From NCBI GenBank assembly GCA_963664295.1, contig OY760935.1:128001-192000 (forward strand): a stretch of 64,000 nt of DNA, written 5' to 3'. Both the position numbers and the translations under genes were made by a program. Under the pieces are notes generated by a model, which was not told where the DNA came from, made no database searches, and worked only from the letters and a program-made list of their open reading frames with translations. Source of the DNA: Candidatus Altimarinota bacterium. Its GTDB lineage: Bacteria > Patescibacteriota > Gracilibacteria > CAIRYL01 > GCA-016699755. Below are positions 28,133 through 37,324 of this stretch, in pieces. How positions within the stretch are numbered: the first letter of the stretch is position 1; each line of letters opens with the position of its first letter.

Positions 28133-29467
28133 TTAAGGCTTTTTTTCTGTTATTACCCAAGATTGATTAGCAATCATATCTGAACTATAAGCTGAGCCCT
28201 CTCTCATGCATAAAATTTCATAATATTCATCATCAGAGCTGGTTTCGATAATAAAATTTGCTGTATTTGTTGCAAATTCATCAGTTGTATTTCTTGAGTA
28301 TGAATATGAATCAGAAGGGGTGACTTTTGTTGTGCCATTTAATCTTGCCCAACAATGTACATTTTTTCTTCCGCTTGTCTGGCTTTCATGAGAAATACTA
28401 TAAGAAATAGTATAAACACCTGCTTCATCAAGATATATTCTGCTATTGTTTGTTGATGTGTTGTGTGTTATTCCGCTGTCTTTTAGGCTTTCTTGGTTCC
28501 AGGGAATAGTTGTGGCAGTATCTGTGTTAACATCTGTTCCGCCGGTGCTATCATAAAACTGCGCCATTATTCTTGTTATTTCTGACCCCGATGAACTACC
28601 AGAAGAAACTCCTTGTTTCATTTGGGTTATTGTTAGTGTTGTTTCATTTATGATTTCATTTGATGTTGTGCGCATAACCTGTAAGGTAATGTAATCATTT
28701 GTGCTTAATTCTGCCAAAAATACTGCTGTTGTAGGACCATATTCATTTCCATAGTTGCGATTTACTAAATATGAGCCATTTAGCACTGTTGAATCATTTG
28801 CTCTTACTCTTGTTTCTAATTGATGTGTACTTGAATTATTTGCATTTACTTGATAAGAAATAAGATAAAGTCCGCTTTCTTTAATATCAATCCTATCCGT
28901 ATTGCTAGTATTGTGCTCAAGAATGGTGTCATCTGTTTCTATGTCTGTTGTGTCTAGCTCAAGATCATACCAAGTGCTTGTTGAAGACATTGTATAATCT
29001 GTTGTGCGACGAGCTTGTACTGCTGGTTGATCACTTGCTGTGACTGTGCCACCTCCGCCATTTATTGTTTCCCAACTTGTGCCATTGCAAACATAAGTAT
29101 TATTGTCTGCGGTGTTAAAATAAATTCTTCCTTGCGAACTACTGTCGCAAGTTGGCGCAGTAGCAAGGTTTTCAATATTAAAATTTAATAATTCATTTCC
29201 GCCTAAGTTAAGGTCATTACTAAGAGTAAAATAAGAATTTGCATTATCCCAAACAAGATACTCATTAAGAGTTTGTCCAAATTGTAATTTGGTGTTTTCT
29301 GTTGAATTTTCTGCATTGATAATTAAAATATTTTGATCAATTTCATATTCTTCATCACCAGTATAAAGCGCAATTTCGCTTGCGTTAGCAAAATTGTGCA
29401 GAAATACGCATATTATAGCCATTATTGAGATTTTTTGTTTTAGGGGCATGAATAAAGTTTTGTTCAT
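28133..29467 (-). CDS. secreted fibre-like protein with two C1q/BclA-like head domains
   Basis: signal peptide; LQFG module; GRIYFNT; duplicated HNTS.N..RI.....G.Y.ISY beta-sandwich. Confidence 0.65.
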   Translation of the reverse strand: MNKTLFMPLKQKISIMAIICVFLHNFANASEIALYTGDEEYEIDQNILIINAENSTENTKLQFGQTLNEYLVWDNANSYFTLSNDLNLGGNELLNFNIENLATAPTCDSSSQGRIYFNTADNNTYVCNGTSWETINGGGGTVTASDQPAVQARRTTDYTMSSTSTWYDLELDTTDIETDDTILEHNTSNTDRIDIKESGLYLISYQVNANNSSTHQLETRVRANDSTVLNGSYLVNRNYGNEYGPTTAVFLAELSTNDYITLQVMRTTSNEIINETTLTITQMKQGVSSGSSSGSEITRIMAQFYDSTGGTDVNTDTATTIPWNQESLKDSGITHNTSTNNSRIYLDEAGVYTISYSISHESQTSGRKNVHCWARLNGTTKVTPSDSYSYSRNTTDEFATNTANFIIETSSDDEYYEILCMREGSAYSSDMIANQSWVITEKKP

Positions 29468-29521
29468 ACAATTATATCATTTGTAAGCCATTTTTTCAAT
29501 CATTTCTTAGTTTAGGAATAT

Positions 29522-29554
29522 AAAAAAACACACTGACTTAGTCAGTGTGTTTTT
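29522..29554 (-). terminator. intrinsic terminator
   Basis: AAAAAAACACACTGAC-TTA-GTCAGTGTGTTTTT hairpin downstream of the 666-aa gene. Confidence 0.8.
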
Positions 29555-29576
29555 AGTCTCAATTTTTACTTTTATC

Positions 29577-31577
29577 TTATGAAGATTGAAGCGCTGTTGA
29601 GTTGTATCTTAGAACAATTTCCCCGATATATGGTGAGTAGTAAGTGCCTGCATTATAGCGTCCGTAACCTTTTACTGTGATGTAAACATAATCACCAGCA
29701 CTTGATGCACCGCCTGCAAAATCTTGTGCTAGTTCTGTCCAGGCTGTGTTGTATAGACCTGTTGAAGTCGCAATTGTTGTACCAGCTTCATCTTGAACTG
29801 TGATATCTAATTGTGTGTCTGATGTTGTTCCAGGGGCAGTATCATTTTTATAGAAGAAACTTAGATTGTTTCCAGAAGCTACGCTCCAGTCTTTGAAATC
29901 TTCAGGTAATTTTACTTTAAATCTTAGGGTTAAGTCTTGTTGTGCAGTACGGCGTGTTTTGAGGATATAATATTGGTGAGGATTTGCACCTGTTTCGCTA
30001 TCTGTGTATAGATTTGCTCTATTATTTGTGCCGTCTTCCTGAACAGTTAGGTCGTTCATAGAAACAAACATTGTTTGATCGTTTGTTCCTCCAGAAAGAG
30101 TGTCAATAGCTTGGTTCAAATCTTCCAAAGAGCCTGTGATTGTGTCGCCGTCTGTTAGGCTTAGTCCATCTGTGTAATCTCTATCACCAATAGCTACACT
30201 CAAATCTTCTACAGAGCCTGTGACAGTATCACCGTCTGTGACAACATTACCGTCTGTATAATCACGAGCTCCAATAGCAACATCAATGTTATCTACAGAA
30301 GTAGCTAGAGATTCACCACTTGTGATAATGTTTTCTTCTGTATATGCAGTTCTGTCGCCAATGGCAGCGTCAATATCTTCTGTCACTAGCTGTACATCTG
30401 TATTGTTTGAGTTATCAAAGTTATCAACTAAAGGTAGGTCTGCACCACTGATTTGTCCTGCGCCTGTGCCCCAGTCGATACTATCTTGATCAATTGAGTC
30501 ATCAATAATTACTTCACCATCAAGATTACCAGCAGCGTTTGTGATTGCAACATCGCCTGTTCCTGCTGTGATAGTACCATCAACATCGAGAGCACCTCCC
30601 ATTGTAGTATTAGAGTCAACATTAAGAGTGCCAGCGATATCAACATTACCGTTTGCATCAAAATTGCCATCTACTCTAGAATGACCAACTACGCGGAAAT
30701 TTTGATCAACTTGAGCATCGCCACCGATTGTAACATTGTCAGTCACATCAAGATCTGTGCCTACGCTCATAGTGCTATCTGAAGAGATGGTATTACCAGA
30801 AATGTCGCCAGTTGTGTCAATATTACCAGTTGCTGAAATTCCTCCTTGAATAGTTAGATCATCAGTAATTACAAAATTACCAGCAGAAGTATCCCAGTAA
30901 AGTTGTTCATTGATAGTATTTCCAAATGCCAAAGTGACATCAGCACCAGCAGGAAGATCATCAGTATCAATGACAAAAAGATTACTTTTTGTACCTGTGA
31001 TATTAGTATCACCTCCGCCAAGAGCTTGATCTAAGGCGTCAATAGAAGCTGTCACTGTTTCGCCGTCACTAACAAAGTTGTTTGAAGTATAGTCACGATT
31101 TCCAACTTCAGTATTGATAGTTTCCATGTTGTCCGCTAAAGAATTAGCTTCGTCAACATCTTGCAACATATAATAGTTGCCATTTGTATAATCTTGGTCA
31201 CCAACTTCAGTGTCCAATTCAGAAACATCAACACCATCTACTGTTTCACCAGCTTGCATGTTTACACTGCCTGTTAGATCAATATCGCCAGTAACACCTA
31301 GGTCACCAGTAACATTAACATCATCAGTGAAAACAAACTCACTTTGGTCAATATCCCAATATAATTGGTGAAGACCAGTTCCAAATTGGAGTGTGATGTT
31401 TTCTGTTGCCGCACTATCACCGTCATTGTCCAAAATAAGCAAGTTAGAGTTTTCCTCTTTTTGTTCATTGCTGTAGATTTGGATTTCGTCGGCCTGTGCT
31501 GTGGCTAATCCTTGAGACAAAACCATGGCAAATGCCAGGCTTGTGCTGAGGATTTTTCGTAATTTTTTGTGTTTCAT
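29577..31577 (-). CDS. secreted acidic fibre-like protein
   Basis: signal peptide; two LQFG/LAFG modules, G.l.V.G beta-strand repeats and 28-aa repeats; C-terminal domain shared with 33393-34835. Confidence 0.75.
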   Translation of the reverse strand: MKHKKLRKILSTSLAFAMVLSQGLATAQADEIQIYSNEQKEENSNLLILDNDGDSAATENITLQFGTGLHQLYWDIDQSEFVFTDDVNVTGDLGVTGDIDLTGSVNMQAGETVDGVDVSELDTEVGDQDYTNGNYYMLQDVDEANSLADNMETINTEVGNRDYTSNNFVSDGETVTASIDALDQALGGGDTNITGTKSNLFVIDTDDLPAGADVTLAFGNTINEQLYWDTSAGNFVITDDLTIQGGISATGNIDTTGDISGNTISSDSTMSVGTDLDVTDNVTIGGDAQVDQNFRVVGHSRVDGNFDANGNVDIAGTLNVDSNTTMGGALDVDGTITAGTGDVAITNAAGNLDGEVIIDDSIDQDSIDWGTGAGQISGADLPLVDNFDNSNNTDVQLVTEDIDAAIGDRTAYTEENIITSGESLATSVDNIDVAIGARDYTDGNVVTDGDTVTGSVEDLSVAIGDRDYTDGLSLTDGDTITGSLEDLNQAIDTLSGGTNDQTMFVSMNDLTVQEDGTNNRANLYTDSETGANPHQYYILKTRRTAQQDLTLRFKVKLPEDFKDWSVASGNNLSFFYKNDTAPGTTSDTQLDITVQDEAGTTIATSTGLYNTAWTELAQDFAGGASSAGDYVYITVKGYGRYNAGTYYSPYIGEIVLRYNSTALQSS

Positions 31578-31732
31578 TTTTGTGTTTTTAAATAGGGAAA
31601 TTTTTAAATTATCAGAAAATTATAACCCAAAAAAATAAAAAAGTCAAAGGTAAAAAAAATAAGCAAGAATAAAACACTATAAGTTGATTTTTGCAGTATT
31701 TTTTGATATTATATAAGGATATAAAACAAAAA

Positions 31733-33328
31733 TTGAAAAAACAAAAATTAGCTATATTTTTATTATTGGCTTTTGCCTTAACAAAAACCTGCTTTGCAAG
31801 TAGTAGTGCTGATTTTAAATTAGAATATGATTCGATAGACACTTCTTTTAGTGCTTTATATGGAGATGATTTTTATATAGACGGAGGAATGATTTCAATT
31901 CAACGCATTGGGTCTTCTGCTGACTTTAAAATAGAGCCTATTTTTTTAACTGACCCTGCTGGGCCTACTTGTGGCAATGGTGTTATAGATAGCGGTGAAA
32001 TTTGTGATTCTGGTAATTTTGGAGGTTTAACTTGTGGTGATTTTGGTTATCCAAATGGTAATTTAGTTTGCGTAAGTTGCACCTCGATTGATATTTCTTC
32101 TTGCTATACATCAAGAAGTGGATCATCTAATCCTGCTGGTAATCCAAATTGGATTTGGAACAATGACGACGACGATGATGATGACAATGAAACTGGCAAT
32201 GAAGAACAGGAAGGTGAAAATCAGGAAGAAGAAAACCAAGAACCAACAGAAACACCAGATGAAAATGAGCAAGCAAGTGAAGATGAAGAACAGGAAGAAG
32301 AAAATCAAGAAGCAACAGAAGAAGATAATGAAAATAATGAGGAAGAAAATAAAAAAGAAGATCAAGACCAAGTTTCTGAGTCAGAAGAGAGTGGAGAACA
32401 AGAAAAGCCAAGTGAATTATTAGATGAAGAAAAAATTCCGGAAAAAATTGAAAATAAAATAGAGAAAAAACCAAGTGAACCAGAACCTGCCACAGCAAAG
32501 CCAGAGATAGAGTCAGAAAAAACAATAGAAGATAAGCAAGAAGAACAAAGAGAAAATTTATATCCTGCCGCAGAGGAACAAAAAGAAGCACAAGCAGAAC
32601 AAATACATTTTAATTATAATTGGCTATTTAATTTTGAATATCACTTAAAAACTTATAGCAAATGGCAAATAATTGACTCAATCGACCAAACTCCGCTTTT
32701 AGCAGGAGAATTAGAAAAAAATAAAACTTATTCACTCAGTGTTTATGATCAAAAAAATCAATTGATTGAAAAAAAAGAAATAAAAACAAATGAAGATGGT
32801 GATTTTTCTTACGAAATAGAAAATCAGCTTGAGCCAGGCAGGTACGATGTTGTTTTTGTAGAACAGGTAAATGGTAAACCAAAATTTATTCGTCAGTATT
32901 TTTTAAATGTAAAAAAAGAAAAAGAAGAAGATAAAAAAATAAATCTTGGAACAATAAATCCAGATCAAAATTGGCCAACAATAAATATAAAAGCATCACC
33001 GCGCAATGAAGTTTTTATTTATATTGAAGACAAAAAAGGCTTAATAGAACTTTTTGAGGAAAAAGTTGATAATTTTGGCTTAATGGATTTTGAAATTCCA
33101 AAAGATTTACCAAAAGGGGAATATAAAATGTATATAATAGAACTAACTCAAGCAGGAAAAGAAAATTATAAAATCACAAAAGATATTACTTATTTATTTG
33201 AGATAGATGATTTACTGCACGCTACTGCACCCGAAGAAAATAGTAATTATTTATTTTTATATTTTATTTCTTTTTGGGTTTTATTGCTTTTCTTTTCTTA
33301 TCGTTTAATAGTAAAAAATAAAAAATAG
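31733..33328 (+). CDS. membrane-anchored surface protein (Cys-rich repeat, acidic linker, Ig-like domains)
   Basis: signal peptide from TTG 31733; CGNGVIDSGEICD; E/N/Q-rich tract; C-terminal TM followed by KNKK. Confidence 0.7.
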   Translation: MKKQKLAIFLLLAFALTKTCFASSSADFKLEYDSIDTSFSALYGDDFYIDGGMISIQRIGSSADFKIEPIFLTDPAGPTCGNGVIDSGEICDSGNFGGLTCGDFGYPNGNLVCVSCTSIDISSCYTSRSGSSNPAGNPNWIWNNDDDDDDDNETGNEEQEGENQEEENQEPTETPDENEQASEDEEQEEENQEATEEDNENNEEENKKEDQDQVSESEESGEQEKPSELLDEEKIPEKIENKIEKKPSEPEPATAKPEIESEKTIEDKQEEQRENLYPAAEEQKEAQAEQIHFNYNWLFNFEYHLKTYSKWQIIDSIDQTPLLAGELEKNKTYSLSVYDQKNQLIEKKEIKTNEDGDFSYEIENQLEPGRYDVVFVEQVNGKPKFIRQYFLNVKKEKEEDKKINLGTINPDQNWPTINIKASPRNEVFIYIEDKKGLIELFEEKVDNFGLMDFEIPKDLPKGEYKMYIIELTQAGKENYKITKDITYLFEIDDLLHATAPEENSNYLFLYFISFWVLLLFFSYRLIVKNKK

Positions 33329-33392
33329 TTTACTTGTGAATGTTTTTTAACTTTGATAAAATATTATGATACATTGCCCGCAATATAAATAA

Positions 33393-34835
33393 ATGAAGAA
33401 AATAATTTGCAAATTTTTGGCTTTAATAATAGCAATAACCACTGCTAATTTCTGTGAATTAACAGAAGTTAAAGCTTTGCAAGTGCCTGATTTTATTATT
33501 TATGAAGGCAGATTATTAGATAGTGCGGATCAGCCGATCACAACAGCTTATATGTTTCGCTTTTCTTTGTGGAAAAGCAATGATTTTAATTCTGCTGTTG
33601 ATCTTAATGCTACGGGCGGAATAGACACAACCGCACCAAATTATGGACAATGGCAAGAACAACAAGTGGTGACCCCAAATAGTAAAGGTATTTTTTCTGT
33701 TCAACTTGGAAAAACAACACCTTTCACAGGTATTGATTTTAGTTTACATAAATATTTGCAAGTTGAAATTAAGGCAGTGGCCGACCCAGCTACTGCTTAT
33801 CAACTCATGGATCCTACTGGAGACAATGGCACAGATGCCAATGATCGCAAAGCAGTTGGCTCTTTGCCATATGCTCTTAATGCAGAAAGTGCATACAAAA
33901 GTAATCAAGAAGTTTTTGTTATAGATGCCGACGATACAATAGAAACCGCAGGAGTAGGTGCAATTCAGCTTCAGTTTGGCAATTCTCTTGGCAAGATTTT
34001 GTCGTACGATTTTACTAATAGTTATTTTGATTTTAATGATAGTGTAAATATTCAGGGTGACTTAACTCTGACTGGTCTTATCAATGGTGTTAATATCGCT
34101 CTTGTTCACACACAAAACACAGACACAGGCACAAGTTCGCCAACTTTTGAAATTAATAGTGCTGGAAATAAATTAGTTATTGATACAGCAGGGCTCACAG
34201 ACGATAGAATAGTGACCTTTAATGACGCCGATACTGTTGTGGTGGGTGAAGACAATGTTCAGACTTTGACCAATAAAACAATCGATGGAGATCAAAATAC
34301 ATTAGTAAATATCGACCGTTCTGCATTAAAAAACCAAAATAAAACAATAATTCTTTCACCTGATTATCAAAATATCACCATTTATCAAGATGGCACTGAC
34401 AATAAAGCTAGTATTTATGGCGGTAATGATGGTGATCAGCAGTATTATTTCTTAAGCTCACAAGAAAGCACTCTGCAGGATTTAGACTTAAAAATTGTAG
34501 TTCCTGTGCCAGATGACTTTGTGGCTTGGCAGTCAAGCGCAGTTGTTGGGCAAAGTGATCCTCTGGGAATGGTTATAAAAACCACAACAATAGATCCAAG
34601 CATTACTCAAGTTGATGTTGTTGTTAACGATAGCCTTGGTAATCCTGCCACCTTAACAGGAGGAAGCGACCTTGCTGGTTTTAATGTTGATATTTGGGAA
34701 AGAAAAAACATTGCATTTACTGGTACACCAACTTTTACCCCAGGTGAAAGTTTTTTGCTTACAATAAAAATGCAAGCCAAAGACAATAAAAAAGTTTATG
34801 TTGGCGAAATAAAACTAAATTATATTGGTAAATAA
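33393..34835 (+). CDS. secreted fibre-like protein
   Basis: signal peptide; YEGRLLD...GIFSVQLG...PYALNA N-terminal domain; LQFG module; QTLTNKT; C-terminal domain shared with the 666-aa protein. Confidence 0.75.
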   Translation: MKKIICKFLALIIAITTANFCELTEVKALQVPDFIIYEGRLLDSADQPITTAYMFRFSLWKSNDFNSAVDLNATGGIDTTAPNYGQWQEQQVVTPNSKGIFSVQLGKTTPFTGIDFSLHKYLQVEIKAVADPATAYQLMDPTGDNGTDANDRKAVGSLPYALNAESAYKSNQEVFVIDADDTIETAGVGAIQLQFGNSLGKILSYDFTNSYFDFNDSVNIQGDLTLTGLINGVNIALVHTQNTDTGTSSPTFEINSAGNKLVIDTAGLTDDRIVTFNDADTVVVGEDNVQTLTNKTIDGDQNTLVNIDRSALKNQNKTIILSPDYQNITIYQDGTDNKASIYGGNDGDQQYYFLSSQESTLQDLDLKIVVPVPDDFVAWQSSAVVGQSDPLGMVIKTTTIDPSITQVDVVVNDSLGNPATLTGGSDLAGFNVDIWERKNIAFTGTPTFTPGESFLLTIKMQAKDNKKVYVGEIKLNYIGK

Positions 34836-34893
34836 AACTCTTGACAAGAATAAAAATGTATGCTATGTTAGCAAACATTTTTATTTATATTTT

Positions 34894-35451
34894 ATGAAAA
34901 ATAAAAGAATTTTATCAAATGAAGCTAGTTTTTTAAGGGAAAAAGTAGCTGGTGATGAAAAAAAATTTCAGTTTGCACAAAAAGTTATGCAAGGATCTAT
35001 TGATGGCTATTTTGGTGACGATCCTGTGCAAAAAGTGTTATTTGAGATAGCCTTAAAGCTGAAAGTGTCAGGCACAACAGACTTGCAAAGTTATTTAGAT
35101 AGTATGTCTTTTAATAAGGAACAATTGCAATTTATTGAAGAAAGACTAAAGGCAGATCTTGAAACAATATTTATAGCAATGTATGCCAACCTAAGAGGTG
35201 AAAAATTGAGAAAAAAATTAGAAAAAATTATGACAATACCTGAGATGGTGCTTAGAAGTGGTGGATTAAAAACTGATAATAAATTGTTCGCGCTAATTGC
35301 TAATCATATACATGCCTTACTTCAAAATGGTTTTTCTTTAGAAGAAGTTCAGGAAATTTTTAAAAATACACAAAAAAAAATCAGTCCTAAACCTAGCATA
35401 AAAGATCAGCTTGACTTAATAGATGAAATTTTTAGTCGTAAATGGCTATAA
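34894..35451 (+). CDS. hypothetical protein
   Basis: ATG 34894 downstream of TTGACA at 34841. Confidence 0.65.
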   Translation: MKNKRILSNEASFLREKVAGDEKKFQFAQKVMQGSIDGYFGDDPVQKVLFEIALKLKVSGTTDLQSYLDSMSFNKEQLQFIEERLKADLETIFIAMYANLRGEKLRKKLEKIMTIPEMVLRSGGLKTDNKLFALIANHIHALLQNGFSLEEVQEIFKNTQKKISPKPSIKDQLDLIDEIFSRKWL

Positions 35452-35453
35452 GC

Positions 35454-36371
35454 TTAGCTATTTAAATACTCAAGGGATTTTTTTACTTCTTCTTTACTGC
35501 CAATAAAAATAGGTGTTCTTTGATGAACTTCTTTTATTTCTAAGTCTAAAATATTTTGCCCTTTTTCATCTTTTGCCAATCCGCCAGCCTGCTCACTAGC
35601 AAAAGCAAAAGGCGCACATTCAAAAAGCAAACGCAATTTGCCATCAGGATGCTTACTAAAAGAAGGATAAGAAAAAATACCATTACCTTTTGCGAAAATT
35701 TGATGAATATCTGGCACCATACCACCAGAATAACGCAAAGTTAAAGGTTTTTTTTGCCAATAATCAACCAGTTTTGCATATTTTTCATTTTCAGAAGAAG
35801 CACGCAAATTACCAGGAGAAAAAGTTTTTGCAACAGGGCTGATTTGCATATTTTCGTTAGTAATTGAAAATTCACCTAATTCATTCATAGTAAATTCAAG
35901 TATTTTACCCCTAATAGCCATAACAAAAACAGTGCGAGGGCCAAAAATAAGATAACAAGATGCCACCATATCTCGTCCTTTTTTGCCAATAAAATTGTTT
36001 CCCTCAAAAATTCCAAAAATAGCACCAATGCTGAGATTAGTTGTCACAAGAGAAGATCCATCTAAAGGGTCAAAAGCAACAGCAAATTTGCCATTTTTGT
36101 TGATTTGTTCCGCGTCATCTTTTTCCTCAGAGGCAATTACGCTAACAAGCTCAGTTGCTTTAAGGTGATTAGTAAAAATCATATCCGCAAGCACATCTAA
36201 GGCAAGTTGGTTTTCGCCATAAAGATTAGAAGTGCCAGCAAGTCCAAGGTCGCCAGTGCGAATAGCATGAGCAACAAATTTACCAGCTCTAGCAATAGAA
36301 AAAAGCAGTTTAGATAAATCTGGATCAATATTTTCTTTTTCTAAAAAATTATTTAAAAGCTTTGGAGGCAT
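35454..36371 (-). CDS. fbp: class 1 fructose-1,6-bisphosphatase
   Basis: QLALDV, ASEE, FDPLDGSS, RYSGGMVPD, KLRLLFE; start ATG 36371. Confidence 0.93.
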   Translation of the reverse strand: MPPKLLNNFLEKENIDPDLSKLLFSIARAGKFVAHAIRTGDLGLAGTSNLYGENQLALDVLADMIFTNHLKATELVSVIASEEKDDAEQINKNGKFAVAFDPLDGSSLVTTNLSIGAIFGIFEGNNFIGKKGRDMVASCYLIFGPRTVFVMAIRGKILEFTMNELGEFSITNENMQISPVAKTFSPGNLRASSENEKYAKLVDYWQKKPLTLRYSGGMVPDIHQIFAKGNGIFSYPSFSKHPDGKLRLLFECAPFAFASEQAGGLAKDEKGQNILDLEIKEVHQRTPIFIGSKEEVKKSLEYLNS

Positions 36372-36447
36372 ATGTTTTAAAAATATATTATAAACTTGCC
36401 ATAAATTGCTTTGTTTTTCAATTAAAACTCTGGCAAAATGCAAACGC

Positions 36448-37239
36448 ATGAGGAGAATACCTATTCTGATTTTGGCACTAGTTTTACTGACTAATACTTG
36501 CCAAGCAGGCGAGTTTTTTAGCTCTGTTTCGGAAAAATTAACACAAACAAAAAGCACAGTTTTTTCGGTTTTTTATTCACAAAATAGCGAAAAAAAAATA
36601 AATCAAAAAATTCGTACAGATTTATCCAAAGAAGAAATTGAAGAACTAAAAAAAGAGGTAGAAAGAAAAAAAATAATTCGAGAAAAAGAAAATTGGCGCT
36701 TAACTGAACATTATTGTCTTTTGCGTTCTGATTATGACAATTTTCTTTTTTGTTTAGAAAAATTAGAAGAGCAAAAACAAGCTTGCGAAGCACAAAAAAC
36801 ATACGGAAACAATATTTATATTTCTTTAAATGACCAGCTTTTGTATGCGGTTAAAAACTGCCAATTAGTTGCTTATAGCATTGTTATTACTGGCAAAAAC
36901 AAAACACCAACTCCAACAGGCACTTTTCATATTTATTCTGCCAGAGGTCCACACTATATGCAGGGAGAATGGTTTGTGAATAAAGCATTTTATTTTTGGC
37001 GTGGTTATGCCTTGCATGATGCTGGTTGGCGCACAGGAAAATACTGGGAAAAAGAATATAGAGCCTATTATGGTTCACATGGTTGTGTAAATTTACCTCA
37101 AAAAACAATGAATATTTTGTGGGATCAGTATGTAGTTGGAGATAATGTTTATGTTTATTATTCACTTCCAGAAGAAATTTTTAGTGAATTAAAAGAAAAA
37201 ATAGGCACTAAAAAGCCAATAATATCCACAGACGAATAA
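36448..37239 (+). CDS. L,D-transpeptidase (YkuD family)
   Basis: signal peptide; TG...TPTGTF, ALH, SHGCVNL. Confidence 0.88.
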   Translation: MRRIPILILALVLLTNTCQAGEFFSSVSEKLTQTKSTVFSVFYSQNSEKKINQKIRTDLSKEEIEELKKEVERKKIIREKENWRLTEHYCLLRSDYDNFLFCLEKLEEQKQACEAQKTYGNNIYISLNDQLLYAVKNCQLVAYSIVITGKNKTPTPTGTFHIYSARGPHYMQGEWFVNKAFYFWRGYALHDAGWRTGKYWEKEYRAYYGSHGCVNLPQKTMNILWDQYVVGDNVYVYYSLPEEIFSELKEKIGTKKPIISTDE

Positions 37240-37324
37240 ATAAAAAAATATATTTACTGAAATATGCGCTTTGCTTGAAAAAATCGCTTTTTTATGAGAT
37301 AATATTATGATTTGAACCTTATTT

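Noticed and set aside
25708-34835. Prophage tail module
   Set aside because: All proteins have Sec signal peptides, lie on both strands, and no capsid, terminase or integrase genes are present
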